Source: an uncultured Candidatus Saccharibacteria bacterium (GTDB taxonomy: Bacteria; Patescibacteriota; Minisyncoccia; Phycocordibacterales; UBA9973). Taken from it: 64,000 nucleotides of DNA. Numbering within the stretch: position 1 is the stretch's first letter; every line of letters starts with the position of its first letter. Position numbers and translations under genes: made by a program. The notes below the pieces were generated by a model. It made no database searches, was not told the DNA's origin, and worked only from the letters and a program-made list of their open reading frames with translations. The stretch spans positions 270,835-334,834 of the forward strand of contig CAYYSI010000001.1 in NCBI GenBank assembly GCA_964474435.1, given 5' to 3'. Shown piece after piece: positions 49,273 to 59,189 of this stretch.

Positions 49273-49380
49273 GACAGCACAAACATTCTTTTTGAAAGCT
49301 TGCACTAGTAGTCGCACGCTTGAGTAAAGCCGTGCGACATACTGTGCTGCGTGTATTTCAAAAAGAATGTTTGTGCTGTC
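49273..49380. repeat. Long palindrome B: perfect 25-bp inverted arms (GACAGCACAAACATTCTTTTTGAAA), plus a nested 8-bp inverted repeat (GTCGCACG/CGTGCGAC) in the 58-bp spacer
   Basis: Left arm 49273-49297 is the exact reverse complement of 49356-49380. Confidence 0.85.
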
Positions 49381-49386
49381 TAAAAC

Positions 49387-51852
49387 CTAGAGGCAAGTAA
49401 CCGAAGCAAGTGTATCCCCTGCTCTCAATTTCATAATAGTCACACCTTGTGTTTGGCGTCCTGATGATGGGATGGTTGCAAGGTCTACTCGGATGACCTG
49501 ACCTTTTTTGGACATTGCGACGAGCTCGGTACCATCGTGCACTACCATTGCTGCCATGATTGCACCAGTCTTTGCGGTAACTTTTGCAGTCTTGATGCCT
49601 GAGCCACCACGCTTTTGGACTTTGTATTCTGTGATCTCTGTTTTCTTGCCGATACCATTTGCACCAAGCGTGAGCATGTATGTGCCTTTTTCTTCGGCAA
49701 CGACGTTTGCGCCAACAATACTGTCTCCTTTGCCAAGTTTCATTGCACGCACGCCACCTGCAGTACGTCCCATTTCGCGAATATCTGATTCTTCAAATCG
49801 GATTGATTGTCCAAGGGTTGAACCGAGGATCACACTCTGCCCTTTTTGCACACGAAGCACTGCCTCAAGCTCATCTCCTGCATCCAAACGGATGGCGATG
49901 ATACCGCTGCGTCTGACGTCTTTGAAGCTATCGTACGTCACCTTCTTTGCGGTTCCCTTTTTCGTAATCAAAAAGAGTGATGCTTTTTCTTCTTTTGCTT
50001 TCTTTGGTACTGCAAGGATAGAGGTGACTTGTTCATCTCCTGCGAGTGAGAGGAAGTTCATGATCGATTTACCTTTTGTAGCACGCTTGCCTTCAGGGAT
50101 TTCGTACATCTTGATCTGGTATGCCTTTCCTTTGTTTGTAAAGAAGAGGAGGTCTGAATGAGTATCAGTTGTGAGAAGCATCGTGACAAAGTCTTCTTCT
50201 TTGGTTTCGAGGTCTATCACACCGACACCTCCACGTTTTTGCTGTTTGTATTCACTCGGATCAGTGCGCTTCACATAGCCACCTGCAGTGAGCACGAGTA
50301 CTGATTCTTTTTCAGGAATAAGGTCTTCGTCAGATATCATTTTTGTGCCACCACTCATAACCTTGGTCTTGCGTTCATCACCATATTTATCTTTGATTTC
50401 ACGAAGCTCATCTGCGATCACTTTGAAAATTTTCTTGGTACTTGCAAGCAAACTTTCGAGCTCTGCAATGAGATCCTGCTTTTCTTTGAGTTCATTTTCG
50501 ACTGCCTTGCGTTCAAGTCCTGCAAGTTTCTGAAGGCGCATTTCCAAGATCGCATCTGCTTGGAGATCTGAGAATTTGAATTCCTTGATCAAGTTGAGCT
50601 TTGCAAGAGCAGCATCTTTGGATGCACGAATAATTGAAATGACTTTGTCGATATGATCGAGTGCCTTTTTCAAGCCCAGCAAGATATGTTCACGATCCTT
50701 TGCCTTTTTGAGATCAAATGCAGTGCGTCGGCGCACGACAACTTCACGGTGTGCAATAAATGAAGTAAGAATTGATTTGATTGATAATGTCTCAGGTACA
50801 CCATCAACGAGGGCAACCATGTTGTAGTGAAATGTTTGTTCGAGTTGTGTGTGCTTATATAAATAGTTGAGGACTTTTTGGGGATTGATACCTGTTTTGA
50901 GAGTGATCACAACACGCATATCTGCCGCTGAGTGATCTTCGAGACCTTTGATGCCTTCGAGCTTTTTGTCTTGCACAAGAGATGCGATGGACTCAACAAA
51001 GTTTGACCGCACGACTTGGTATGGCAGCGACGTAACCGTAATGGTATACATACCACTCTTTGTTTCTCCAATCTCTGCCTCACCGCGACAGACAACTCCG
51101 CCACGACCGGTTGCAAATGCGTGTGCGATATCCGCTTTGTTAAAGACAATGCCGCCTGTTGGGAAGTCAGGGCCCTGCACGATCTCTGCGATGTCTTCGT
51201 TACTTGCACCATCGTTCTCGATCATGTAGAGCGCGGCGTCGACGATCTCGCCGAGGTTGTGAGGCGCAATGTTTGATGCCATACCCACTGCAATACCGAG
51301 CGTACCGTTGAGAAGCAAACTTGGGACAGCTGTTGGCATCACTGTTGGTTCGTTGATTGTTGCATCATAGTTGGGACGATAATCAATCGTATCCTTTTCG
51401 ATATCACGAATCATTTCCATTGCGAGCTTGCTCATACGCGCCTCGGTATAACGCATCGCAGCCTGACTATCCCCATCAACCGATCCAAAGTTTCCCTGTC
51501 CTTTGATAAGGGGGTATCTATACGCAAATTCTTGCGCCATCTTTACCATTGCATCATAGACTGACTGGTCGCCGTGCGGGTGGTATTTACCGAGCACGTC
51601 ACCGACAATCAATGCGCTTTTACGAAACTTTGCAGATGCAACAATACCGTTTTTATACATTGAGAATAAAATGCGTCGGTGTACAGGTTTGAGACCATCA
51701 CGCACGTCAGGCAATGCACGATCGGTAATGACCGACATCGCGTAGTCGATGAAGCTCGTACGCATTTCATTTGCAATGTTTACTTGCAACACACTCTGAC
51801 GAGGTGTTAGAGGAGTCTCTGGAGATGTTTCTGGAGGGGTCTTTTTGGCCAT
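49387..51852 (-). CDS. gyrA: DNA gyrase subunit A
   Basis: Active-site region [10 protein letters not shown] (Tyr), an N-terminal breakage-reunion domain, and a C-terminal beta-pinwheel with a GyrA box-like QxRGGxG motif ([10 protein letters not shown]). Length is 821 aa. Confidence 0.9.
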   Translation of the reverse strand: MAKKTPPETSPETPLTPRQSVLQVNIANEMRTSFIDYAMSVITDRALPDVRDGLKPVHRRILFSMYKNGIVASAKFRKSALIVGDVLGKYHPHGDQSVYDAMVKMAQEFAYRYPLIKGQGNFGSVDGDSQAAMRYTEARMSKLAMEMIRDIEKDTIDYRPNYDATINEPTVMPTAVPSLLLNGTLGIAVGMASNIAPHNLGEIVDAALYMIENDGASNEDIAEIVQGPDFPTGGIVFNKADIAHAFATGRGGVVCRGEAEIGETKSGMYTITVTSLPYQVVRSNFVESIASLVQDKKLEGIKGLEDHSAADMRVVITLKTGINPQKVLNYLYKHTQLEQTFHYNMVALVDGVPETLSIKSILTSFIAHREVVVRRRTAFDLKKAKDREHILLGLKKALDHIDKVISIIRASKDAALAKLNLIKEFKFSDLQADAILEMRLQKLAGLERKAVENELKEKQDLIAELESLLASTKKIFKVIADELREIKDKYGDERKTKVMSGGTKMISDEDLIPEKESVLVLTAGGYVKRTDPSEYKQQKRGGVGVIDLETKEEDFVTMLLTTDTHSDLLFFTNKGKAYQIKMYEIPEGKRATKGKSIMNFLSLAGDEQVTSILAVPKKAKEEKASLFLITKKGTAKKVTYDSFKDVRRSGIIAIRLDAGDELEAVLRVQKGQSVILGSTLGQSIRFEESDIREMGRTAGGVRAMKLGKGDSIVGANVVAEEKGTYMLTLGANGIGKKTEITEYKVQKRGGSGIKTAKVTAKTGAIMAAMVVHDGTELVAMSKKGQVIRVDLATIPSSGRQTQGVTIMKLRAGDTLASVTCL

Positions 51853-52092
51853 ACTATCGTGATTTTAGACCTATATTATAGCATTAATTTCCCCCAAAGT
51901 ATGATTGTCCAGTGCGCAAAATCGTGTTGTAAAAATTGGATAATGCACTCCCTGACCCATTGTCCACAGTCGCCTTTTTGTCACTGGTATAAATGAGGAT
52001 GAGAAGGGTGAAAAGGATGACTGCCACCCCCACGGTGATGCCGAGTGCGATCCGTCTTTTGATGTGAGGAGGATGCTGGTCAAGCATAATGG

Positions 52093-52704
52093 TTAGCCTT
52101 GTGGTGCAAGGACGATGATATGGCCTTCTTTGCCATCGAGGTCACGGCGTTTGAGGGTGAGTTTGTCTTGGACTTCATTTTTCTCCTGACCGCCTTCTTT
52201 GAGAAATCTCTTGAGTGACTCGTCAGTATAATCCATCGGAATGATGACATTGGGATCAAATGATGTCGCAGTCTTGTAGGCAAGTGTTGGGTCCTCACCA
52301 ATCGCAACAAATATCATATCTGCTTGTCCTGCGATTTCTTTGGCTTCACTTGAGAGTGTCTTTTCGTCATATGCAGCACCGAGAAAGGCGATCTTGATAC
52401 CGTCGAGCTCAAATCCATACACAGTATTTATAAAATCTTTCTTATCCACGTTTACAGTAGATCCAGCTCCAGTAAAAAAGAGTTCTTTGACTTCGTATGA
52501 GCCTGCAGAGTTGAGCACAAACGGTTCGCGGTCTCCCATCGTCACTGTTTCTGGATCGTTGTAATCGGCATGGTTGAGCGAGATGAGTGCGATGTCGGCA
52601 CCAAAGCGCGCTGGTTTTGAGGCCTTGGATGGTGGATTGGTCGCGATGGTGAGGTCACCAAGGGTGAGCTTGAAGTATTGTCGGCCGTAGTATGTGATAA
52701 CCAT
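52093..52704 (-). CDS. Metal-dependent hydrolase, MBL-fold (UPF0173-like)
   Basis: The general MBL-like beta-sandwich pattern (ITYYG....L.....I..NPP...) is present, but the HxHxDH motif is not clear, so the call is family-level only. Confidence 0.5.
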   Translation of the reverse strand: MVITYYGRQYFKLTLGDLTIATNPPSKASKPARFGADIALISLNHADYNDPETVTMGDREPFVLNSAGSYEVKELFFTGAGSTVNVDKKDFINTVYGFELDGIKIAFLGAAYDEKTLSSEAKEIAGQADMIFVAIGEDPTLAYKTATSFDPNVIIPMDYTDESLKRFLKEGGQEKNEVQDKLTLKRRDLDGKEGHIIVLAPQG

Positions 52705-52785
52705 AAAGCTATCCTAGCAAAAATTAGGCAATAAAAAAAGCGGTTCTTTTGGAACACGCTTTAATATTATTTAATTTCTCCATTC

Positions 52786-53037
52786 CTACATCTTAAAAAA
52801 CCTTTTCACTGAATTAAGGAAGTTAATCAGGGCGATCGATGCAACCAATGCACATATAATCATTTTATAAGCTTCATGATTAGTAAGCACTCCTACAATA
52901 CTTATGAAAATAATCCAGAAGTGTAAAATCACTTCGGCATATTTTTCCAGTCTTTCTATAAGAGATACCTCCTTATTTGGTTGGATTATGGGAGCGATTT
53001 TTCTCAACCTAGCTATCATTAGTAATGACTTTTTCAT
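52786..53037 (-). CDS. Hypothetical small membrane protein
   Basis: ORF only. Confidence 0.3.
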   Translation of the reverse strand: MKKSLLMIARLRKIAPIIQPNKEVSLIERLEKYAEVILHFWIIFISIVGVLTNHEAYKMIICALVASIALINFLNSVKRFFKM

Positions 53038-53296
53038 AACAAAGAACTTTTATTTTATATGATTAAATAATTGATTTCTTAAGTATATAATAGCATACAT
53101 TTACATATATGTCAATATCCCCATTTCCCCTCGTAAATGCTAGTATTTCCCTACTCGAAAGAGTTAACAATTAACCTAGCAGGAATAACCTCATTGGCGC
53201 ACGAAATGGCTCATGAAATCTTGGTAGGCAGTTCGGGAGCCCAAAACATAGGCTCATCCGGATCGCCACCTCTGTGGCAATTTTTTATTTAAAATT

Positions 53297-54442
53297 ATGG
53301 CAACACGAACAACAAAAAAGAATGACCTCGAAGAAATGCAGCCCCAAGCAGTCCCGACTGATGTGGTAGTCAACAATGACGACATGGGTCCTCACCGACC
53401 AATGATGGACGAGCTCGTCGAAGGTCCAGTGATCGGCGTCGAAAAGGCAGCGATCTACATCGACCTTGCACCATTTGGTACCGGTATCATCTACGGCCGC
53501 GAATACATCGCAGCACGGGACTTGATCAAGAAAACCAACATCGGCGACACGATCAAGGCAAAGGTTGTCGAAACTGAAAACGATGATGGATACATCGAAC
53601 TCTCACTCAAGGAAGCAAAGGCAGCAATGCTCTGGAGTGACGCTGAGAACGCGATCAAAGACAAGACGGTCTTTGAACTCACCATCAAGGATGCGAACAA
53701 AGGAGGTCTTATCATTGACTGGCAAGGTGTGTCAGGATTCCTTCCTGCAAGTCAGCTCAAGGCTGAGCACTATCCACGCGTCGAAGACTCTGACAAGGAC
53801 AAGATCCTACGCGAACTCAAGAAACTCACTGGCACCAAGCTCGCAGTGACGATGATCTCTGCAAATCCAAAGGATGGCAAACTCATCTTCTCTGAGAAGG
53901 ATAACAATCCCGAAGAACGTCAGGAAGTCGTTTCAAAATATGCAGTGGGCGATGAGCTCGACTGCGAAGTAACTGGTATTGTGGACTTCGGAGTATTCCT
54001 CAAGATTGAGGATGGTCTCGAAGGACTCGTACACATCAGTGAACTCGACTGGGGACTTGTTGAAGATCCTCGCTCAATGTTCAAATTGAAAGATAAGGTG
54101 AAAGCAAAGATCATCGACATCAAGGATGGCAAGATCTCACTTTCTATCAAGGCACTCAAGGACAACCCTTGGAAGGCATTTGAAGGATCTCTCAAGAAAG
54201 GCGACGTCGTCAAAGGTGTTGTGATCAAATACAACAAACACGGCGCACTCGTCTCTATCAAAGAAGGAGTTGCTGGACTCGTCCACCACTCAACATTTGG
54301 TTCTGAAGAAAAGCTTCGTGCAGAACTTCAGCTCGGCCGCACCTATCCATTCACCGTTACTCTCTTTGAACCAAAAGAACAGCGCATGACGCTCGTCTTT
54401 GGAGAACAGAAAGTAGAAGATGAAAAGGTAGAAGAGAAATAA
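53297..54442 (+). CDS. rpsA: 30S ribosomal protein S1 (four S1 domains)
   Basis: There are four repeated S1 OB-fold modules (GDTIKAKVVE.., GGLIIDWQGVSGFLPASQL, VDFGVFLKIEDGLEGLVHISEL, GALVSIKEGVAGLVHHS). It is preceded by a ~250-nt untranslated leader. Confidence 0.85.
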   Translation: MATRTTKKNDLEEMQPQAVPTDVVVNNDDMGPHRPMMDELVEGPVIGVEKAAIYIDLAPFGTGIIYGREYIAARDLIKKTNIGDTIKAKVVETENDDGYIELSLKEAKAAMLWSDAENAIKDKTVFELTIKDANKGGLIIDWQGVSGFLPASQLKAEHYPRVEDSDKDKILRELKKLTGTKLAVTMISANPKDGKLIFSEKDNNPEERQEVVSKYAVGDELDCEVTGIVDFGVFLKIEDGLEGLVHISELDWGLVEDPRSMFKLKDKVKAKIIDIKDGKISLSIKALKDNPWKAFEGSLKKGDVVKGVVIKYNKHGALVSIKEGVAGLVHHSTFGSEEKLRAELQLGRTYPFTVTLFEPKEQRMTLVFGEQKVEDEKVEEK

Positions 54443-54451
54443 TTATAGAAA

Positions 54452-54485
54452 TAAAAAATCCCTGATTTGATTCAGGGATTTTTTA
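54452..54485. terminator. Bidirectional terminator (ATCCCTGA-TTTGAT-TCAGGGAT flanked by A6 and T6)
   Basis: Between rpsA (+) and pth (-). Confidence 0.6.
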
Positions 54486-55064
54486 TTAGTTGTATTGATT
54501 CATCACCTCATCAAAACTCTTTGTTTTGAGCGCATCAATGATCTCTATTGCGCGATTAATCCCCTCTTGTTTCAACTCTTCTTCCATTGGAGCGAAATCT
54601 GAGAGGAGGAACTTTTCAAATCCATCGGGTGGAGCAATACGTGGGAGCAGCTCTTCGTGGACAGGTCTGACACCGATGCGAATACGAAAGAATTCTTTGG
54701 TACCCAAGTGATCGATGACACTTTGCACACCATTGTGTCCACCAGAACCGCGATCAAACGAGCACTTCACAAGGCCGATGTTTATATCGACATCATCATA
54801 GACCACAACGATCCCAGCATCATATTGTTTCGCAAGCATGCGTGCAGCCTTGCCCGAGTCATTCATAAACGTGTCAGGCTTTGCAAGGAGTTGCTGAGGG
54901 CCGTTTTGTGCAAGGTGTGCATGAAAGAGATCCTTTTCAACGAAGTGAAGTCCTTCCTTTGCTGCAATCGCATCAAGTGCCATAAAGCCGACATTGTGCC
55001 GATGGCCTGCGAATTTGTGTCCTGGATTCCCCAAGCCAATAATTATCTTTGTATCACTTTGCAT
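54486..55064 (-). CDS. pth: Peptidyl-tRNA hydrolase
   Basis: IIGLGNPGHKFAGHRHNVGF and the catalytic His/Asp region. Confidence 0.85.
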   Translation of the reverse strand: MQSDTKIIIGLGNPGHKFAGHRHNVGFMALDAIAAKEGLHFVEKDLFHAHLAQNGPQQLLAKPDTFMNDSGKAARMLAKQYDAGIVVVYDDVDINIGLVKCSFDRGSGGHNGVQSVIDHLGTKEFFRIRIGVRPVHEELLPRIAPPDGFEKFLLSDFAPMEEELKQEGINRAIEIIDALKTKSFDEVMNQYN

Positions 55065-55130
55065 CCACCTATTAAACTACAAAAATGCGTGGTTGTCCCG
55101 CGATGATAAATCGTTTATACTTACGCCATT

Positions 55131-55718
55131 ATGGATCCATTGCTCACTCCAGCACCAAGCGTGCCGTCACCAAAGAGTCGTTTTTGGATATTTATCGAAA
55201 ATATCTTGTACATTGGTGCAGCCATCGGACTCGCACTCCTCATCCAAGCATTCGTCGTGCGTCCTTTTATTGTCTCTGGCAACTCCATGGATCCTGATAT
55301 CAAAAATGGCCAGTACTTGATCATTGATGAAATCTCATACAAAGTGCGCGAACCAGTACGCGGCGAAGTGATTGTGTTCAAGGCACCACCAGAGCCAAGC
55401 AAGTACTACATCAAGCGCATCATCGGCCTTCCTGGTGACACTGTCGACATCAAGGGTTCTACGATCACTATTACAAATACAGCCCATCCCAAGGGACTTG
55501 TCCTGGATGAATCATTCATCACTCACAAGAGCAGTGACAATGTCCATATCACCGTTCCCGACGGCCAGTACTACGTCATGGGTGACAACCGCAGCGGCAG
55601 CTACGACTCACGCTCATGGGGTATGCTCCCCGAGGCGAACATTCGAGGACGAGCACTCCTCCGACTCCTTCCTATCAGTACTATTGATTATCTGCCAGCA
55701 CACGTAACGTATGAATAA
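55131..55718 (+). CDS. lepB: Signal peptidase I
   Basis: GNSMDP (Ser box), KRIIGLPGD (Lys box) and GDNRSGSYDSR. Confidence 0.8.
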   Translation: MDPLLTPAPSVPSPKSRFWIFIENILYIGAAIGLALLIQAFVVRPFIVSGNSMDPDIKNGQYLIIDEISYKVREPVRGEVIVFKAPPEPSKYYIKRIIGLPGDTVDIKGSTITITNTAHPKGLVLDESFITHKSSDNVHITVPDGQYYVMGDNRSGSYDSRSWGMLPEANIRGRALLRLLPISTIDYLPAHVTYE

Positions 55719-57006
55719 AGAACCTGTAAAAAAGACACAACAAGAACTCGCAAGCCCCAAAGGCATGCGCGACATTATCGGCGACGACTACTACAAGTTC
55801 CAAGGCTTCTTTGAAAAAGCGCAAGAAGTCGCCGTGTACTATGGATTCAAGCCAATCGAAACACCTATCCTTGAACACGAAGAAACATTTACCACTGCAG
55901 TAGGAGTGGGTACTGACATCGTCGATAAGGAAATGTACACCCTCAAGACCAAGGGTGGCGACCATCTCGCGATGCGTCCCGAACAAACTGCTGGCCTCAT
56001 GCGCGCATACATCCAACACGGCATGCAAAATCAACCGCAGCCAGTGCTGCTCTATCACTCAGGGCCAGTGTTTCGTCACGACAAACCTCAGCGCGGCCGA
56101 TATCGACAGTTCTATCAGTTTGATGTGGACTCAATCGGCAGCGAAAAAAGTATCGTTGATGCACTCGTGATCAAGACAATCTACACGATCCTCGAAGAAG
56201 CCGGGGCAAAAAATATCTGTGTGACGATCAACTCGATCGGCGACAAAGACTCTCGTCCTACCTATATCCGCGAACTCACCAACTACTACAAGAAGCATAT
56301 GGACGAGCTTCCCGAAATCGATCGCGAACGATTGAAAACAAACCCCCTTCGCATCCTTGATTCTAAAGAACCTGCAACTATTGCGATCAACGCAGGTGCA
56401 CCAGACTCAGTCAACTATCTCTCTGCTGCGGGCAAGAAACACTTCAAAGAAGTGCTCGAATACCTCGACCAGATGGAGATCCCATACCAGATCGACAAGA
56501 TGCTCGTGCGCGGCCTCTCATACTACACGCACACAGTGTTCGAGATCATCGAGACCAATGAAGAAGGTCAGAACATGACGATCGCAGGTGGTGGTCGCTA
56601 CGACTATCTTGGTAAACAACTTGGCAGCAAAAAGGACATCCCTGCAATGGGTGGCTCAATAGGCATCGATCGCATCATCGATCAACCATGGTTCAAGGAC
56701 CTCACCCCACGCATCATGAAAAAACCAAAGGTGTACTTCATCCAAGTCGGCATGGAGGCAAAGCTCAAGAGCCTCAACATCGTCGAAATCCTCCGCAAGG
56801 CTCACATCCCGATCATGCAATCCCTTTCCAAAGATTCTCTCGGCTCACAACTCGCCGTTGCAGAAAAGAGTGGGACTCCATACGTCATGATATTTGGCCA
56901 AATGGAAGCAGTGCACAACACTGTCATCGTGCGCAATATGGAAACGCGCTCACAGGACACCGTACCGATTGCAGAACTCGCGAGCTATATCAAGCATTTG
57001 AAGTAA
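55711..57006 (+). CDS. hisS: Histidyl-tRNA synthetase
   Basis: Class II motifs (GMRD.., FQFDVD, GGGRYD) and a C-terminal anticodon-binding domain. Confidence 0.9.
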   Translation: MNKEPVKKTQQELASPKGMRDIIGDDYYKFQGFFEKAQEVAVYYGFKPIETPILEHEETFTTAVGVGTDIVDKEMYTLKTKGGDHLAMRPEQTAGLMRAYIQHGMQNQPQPVLLYHSGPVFRHDKPQRGRYRQFYQFDVDSIGSEKSIVDALVIKTIYTILEEAGAKNICVTINSIGDKDSRPTYIRELTNYYKKHMDELPEIDRERLKTNPLRILDSKEPATIAINAGAPDSVNYLSAAGKKHFKEVLEYLDQMEIPYQIDKMLVRGLSYYTHTVFEIIETNEEGQNMTIAGGGRYDYLGKQLGSKKDIPAMGGSIGIDRIIDQPWFKDLTPRIMKKPKVYFIQVGMEAKLKSLNIVEILRKAHIPIMQSLSKDSLGSQLAVAEKSGTPYVMIFGQMEAVHNTVIVRNMETRSQDTVPIAELASYIKHLK

Positions 57007-57007
57007 C

Positions 57008-57499
57008 ATGGCAAAACAAATTGTCCAAGAACCAGATTCTGTATTGCGCGCAACCGCACAGGTAGTGCCAAAGGAGAGCATCACGACTCCAAAGATTCAA
57101 AAAATTATTAAGGATATGAAAGAGGCACTCAGCCTCGAAGCAGATGGTGTCGCAATCGCAGCTCCACAGATCGGACATAGCCTGCGCATATTCGTCGTCG
57201 CAGCACGCGCATCCAAATTGCTGAGCGATGACACAGTGTTCATCAACCCCGAAATCATTCGTATTGGGAAAAAGAAAGAAGACCTGTCGGAAGGCTGCCT
57301 CTCTGTCCGTTGGAAATATGGAGTCGTGAAGCGCTCAACGAGCTGTACTGTCCGAGCACTCAACGCAGAAGGTAACGAATTCGTCATCAGCGGCCGCGGC
57401 CTCCTTGCACAAATATTCCAACATGAGATTGATCATCTCAACGGCATTCTCTTCATCGATAAGGCAACCAATGTGCAGGATGTGCCACCGAGTAAATAG
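57008..57499 (+). CDS. def: Peptide deformylase
   Basis: GVAIAAPQIG, EGCLSV and HEIDHLNG metal-binding motifs. Confidence 0.85.
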   Translation: MAKQIVQEPDSVLRATAQVVPKESITTPKIQKIIKDMKEALSLEADGVAIAAPQIGHSLRIFVVAARASKLLSDDTVFINPEIIRIGKKKEDLSEGCLSVRWKYGVVKRSTSCTVRALNAEGNEFVISGRGLLAQIFQHEIDHLNGILFIDKATNVQDVPPSK

Positions 57500-57526
57500 G
57501 AGTGGCTCTGTGGTACAATCCTCAAT

Positions 57527-57976
57527 ATGAATAAAAAGAATATTCTTATAATTATACTTTTGCTTATTATTGCAGTTCTTGCTTACTTAAGATTCGAAAA
57601 AAAAGACATAGTTACTAGCCCAACTCATACAGAACCAAAAACTATTGACCCTGTTTCAAAACCAGTAGTTACCAAACCTTTTACTTCTAATAACAATGCC
57701 GCCCTAGAAAAAATAGCAATTTCTAAAGGAAATCGAAAAGGTGACAAAATGACAATTTATCAATGTAGTGTTGAAAGCAAAACGTATTTTGCTTCTGATG
57801 ATCGACCAGTTGATGGGTCTCTATCTATTTATGATACACAAGGTAACTTATCAGCAGATTGTGGTGGTGGCATGACTCTGCCTGATCCAAATAATCCACG
57901 GCCTGCTCCTGCACCAATATGTAGCAAGGTAGACGTGTATAGTAGTAGCTGTAAAAGTATTTCTTATACTCGATAA
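57527..57976 (+). CDS. Hypothetical N-terminally anchored protein inserted between def and fmt
   Basis: Signal-anchor MNKKNILIIILLLIIAVLAYL, with a Cys-containing C-terminal domain. Confidence 0.4.
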   Translation: MNKKNILIIILLLIIAVLAYLRFEKKDIVTSPTHTEPKTIDPVSKPVVTKPFTSNNNAALEKIAISKGNRKGDKMTIYQCSVESKTYFASDDRPVDGSLSIYDTQGNLSADCGGGMTLPDPNNPRPAPAPICSKVDVYSSSCKSISYTR

Positions 57977-57994
57977 TCTACACTATTAGAAATT

Positions 57995-58816
57995 ATGAAC
58001 ATAGCTTTTTTCGGCACCCCGCCATTTACGACTGACTTTCTCTATACCCTTGTGGCAAGCGGCTATCCCCCTTCTCTCGTCGTCACAGGCCCTGATCGCC
58101 CCTCTGGGCGCGGTATGACACTCGCGTCCCCTGCTCCCAAAGTGTGGGCAGATGAACACACTATCAAAGTACTCCAACCCGAGAAGCTCGACGATGCATT
58201 TTTTGCAGAGCTTTCACAAACACAGTGGGATCTCTTTGTTGTTGTCGCGTATGGCAAGATCATGCCGCAAAGAGTTATTGATTTACCAAAGTATGGAACA
58301 ATCAATGTGCATTATTCCCTGCTTCCCAAATATCGTGGCGCGACTCCGGCAGAGTCTGCAATCCTCAACGGTGATACAACAACAGGTGTAACTATCCAAC
58401 AAATGGTGTACAAGCTCGACGCTGGCAATATTTTATCTAAAAAAGAAATAGCTATTGATCCAATTGACACAACTCCAATACTGCGCGATAAATTAAACAC
58501 TGAAGCGCTCACCCTTCTTCCAGAAACCGTCAAAAAAATAATTGATGGAACCATTGCACCTACTGCGCAAGATGAATCCTTCGTCACGACATGCACCAAA
58601 ATTTCCAAAGAAGATGGCGAAATCAATCTACTCGATAATGCAATCACAAATGACCGCAAATACCGTGCATACTATGGCTGGCCGGGATCATATTTTTTCG
58701 ACAACGGAAAGCGGGTCAAAATAACAAAAGCTCATCTTGAGGCGCAGACTTTTGTGATCGATGAAGTGATACCCGAGAATGGCAAACGAATGCCATATAG
58801 TGTATTTCGATCTTAA
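57995..58816 (+). CDS. fmt: Methionyl-tRNA formyltransferase
   Basis: N-terminal formyltransferase fold (IAFFGTPPF), the motif NVHYSLLPKYRGATP, and a C-terminal domain. Confidence 0.85.
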   Translation: MNIAFFGTPPFTTDFLYTLVASGYPPSLVVTGPDRPSGRGMTLASPAPKVWADEHTIKVLQPEKLDDAFFAELSQTQWDLFVVVAYGKIMPQRVIDLPKYGTINVHYSLLPKYRGATPAESAILNGDTTTGVTIQQMVYKLDAGNILSKKEIAIDPIDTTPILRDKLNTEALTLLPETVKKIIDGTIAPTAQDESFVTTCTKISKEDGEINLLDNAITNDRKYRAYYGWPGSYFFDNGKRVKITKAHLEAQTFVIDEVIPENGKRMPYSVFRS

Positions 58817-59172
58817 CTTCGAAACCCTCGCAACATATTTTTCACTTTTTGTGCACCACGTCTAAAGAGTGTGGTCTTTTTGTCTTTGGCAGAGGTGAGC
58901 TCGCGGACGATTTCGCTGCGGACGTCGTCGATCGCTTCATACATGTCTGCTTTTTGTGAGGCTGCATGATACTGCTTGCCGAGCGGAGTCACGATATGCG
59001 CCTTGGCTTCAAATATTTCTCCTTTGTTGTGGTGGCCAGTTGTCTTGTCGAGATCTATGGTAACGGTAGGTTCGCTGCCCGTAAATTTGGCAAGACCCGA
59101 AAAGCGCTTTTCGACATATTCTTTTAATGCAGATGTCAGCTCTATACTGTGTGCGTTAATTGATATATTCAT
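58813..59172 (-). CDS. hpf: Ribosome hibernation-promoting factor (HPF/RaiA short form)
   Basis: MNISINAHSIELTSALKEYVEKRFSGLAKF matches the S30AE family N-terminus. Confidence 0.8.
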   Translation of the reverse strand: MNISINAHSIELTSALKEYVEKRFSGLAKFTGSEPTVTIDLDKTTGHHNKGEIFEAKAHIVTPLGKQYHAASQKADMYEAIDDVRSEIVRELTSAKDKKTTLFRRGAQKVKNMLRGFRS

Positions 59173-59189
59173 ATACTCCTAGTATAGCA

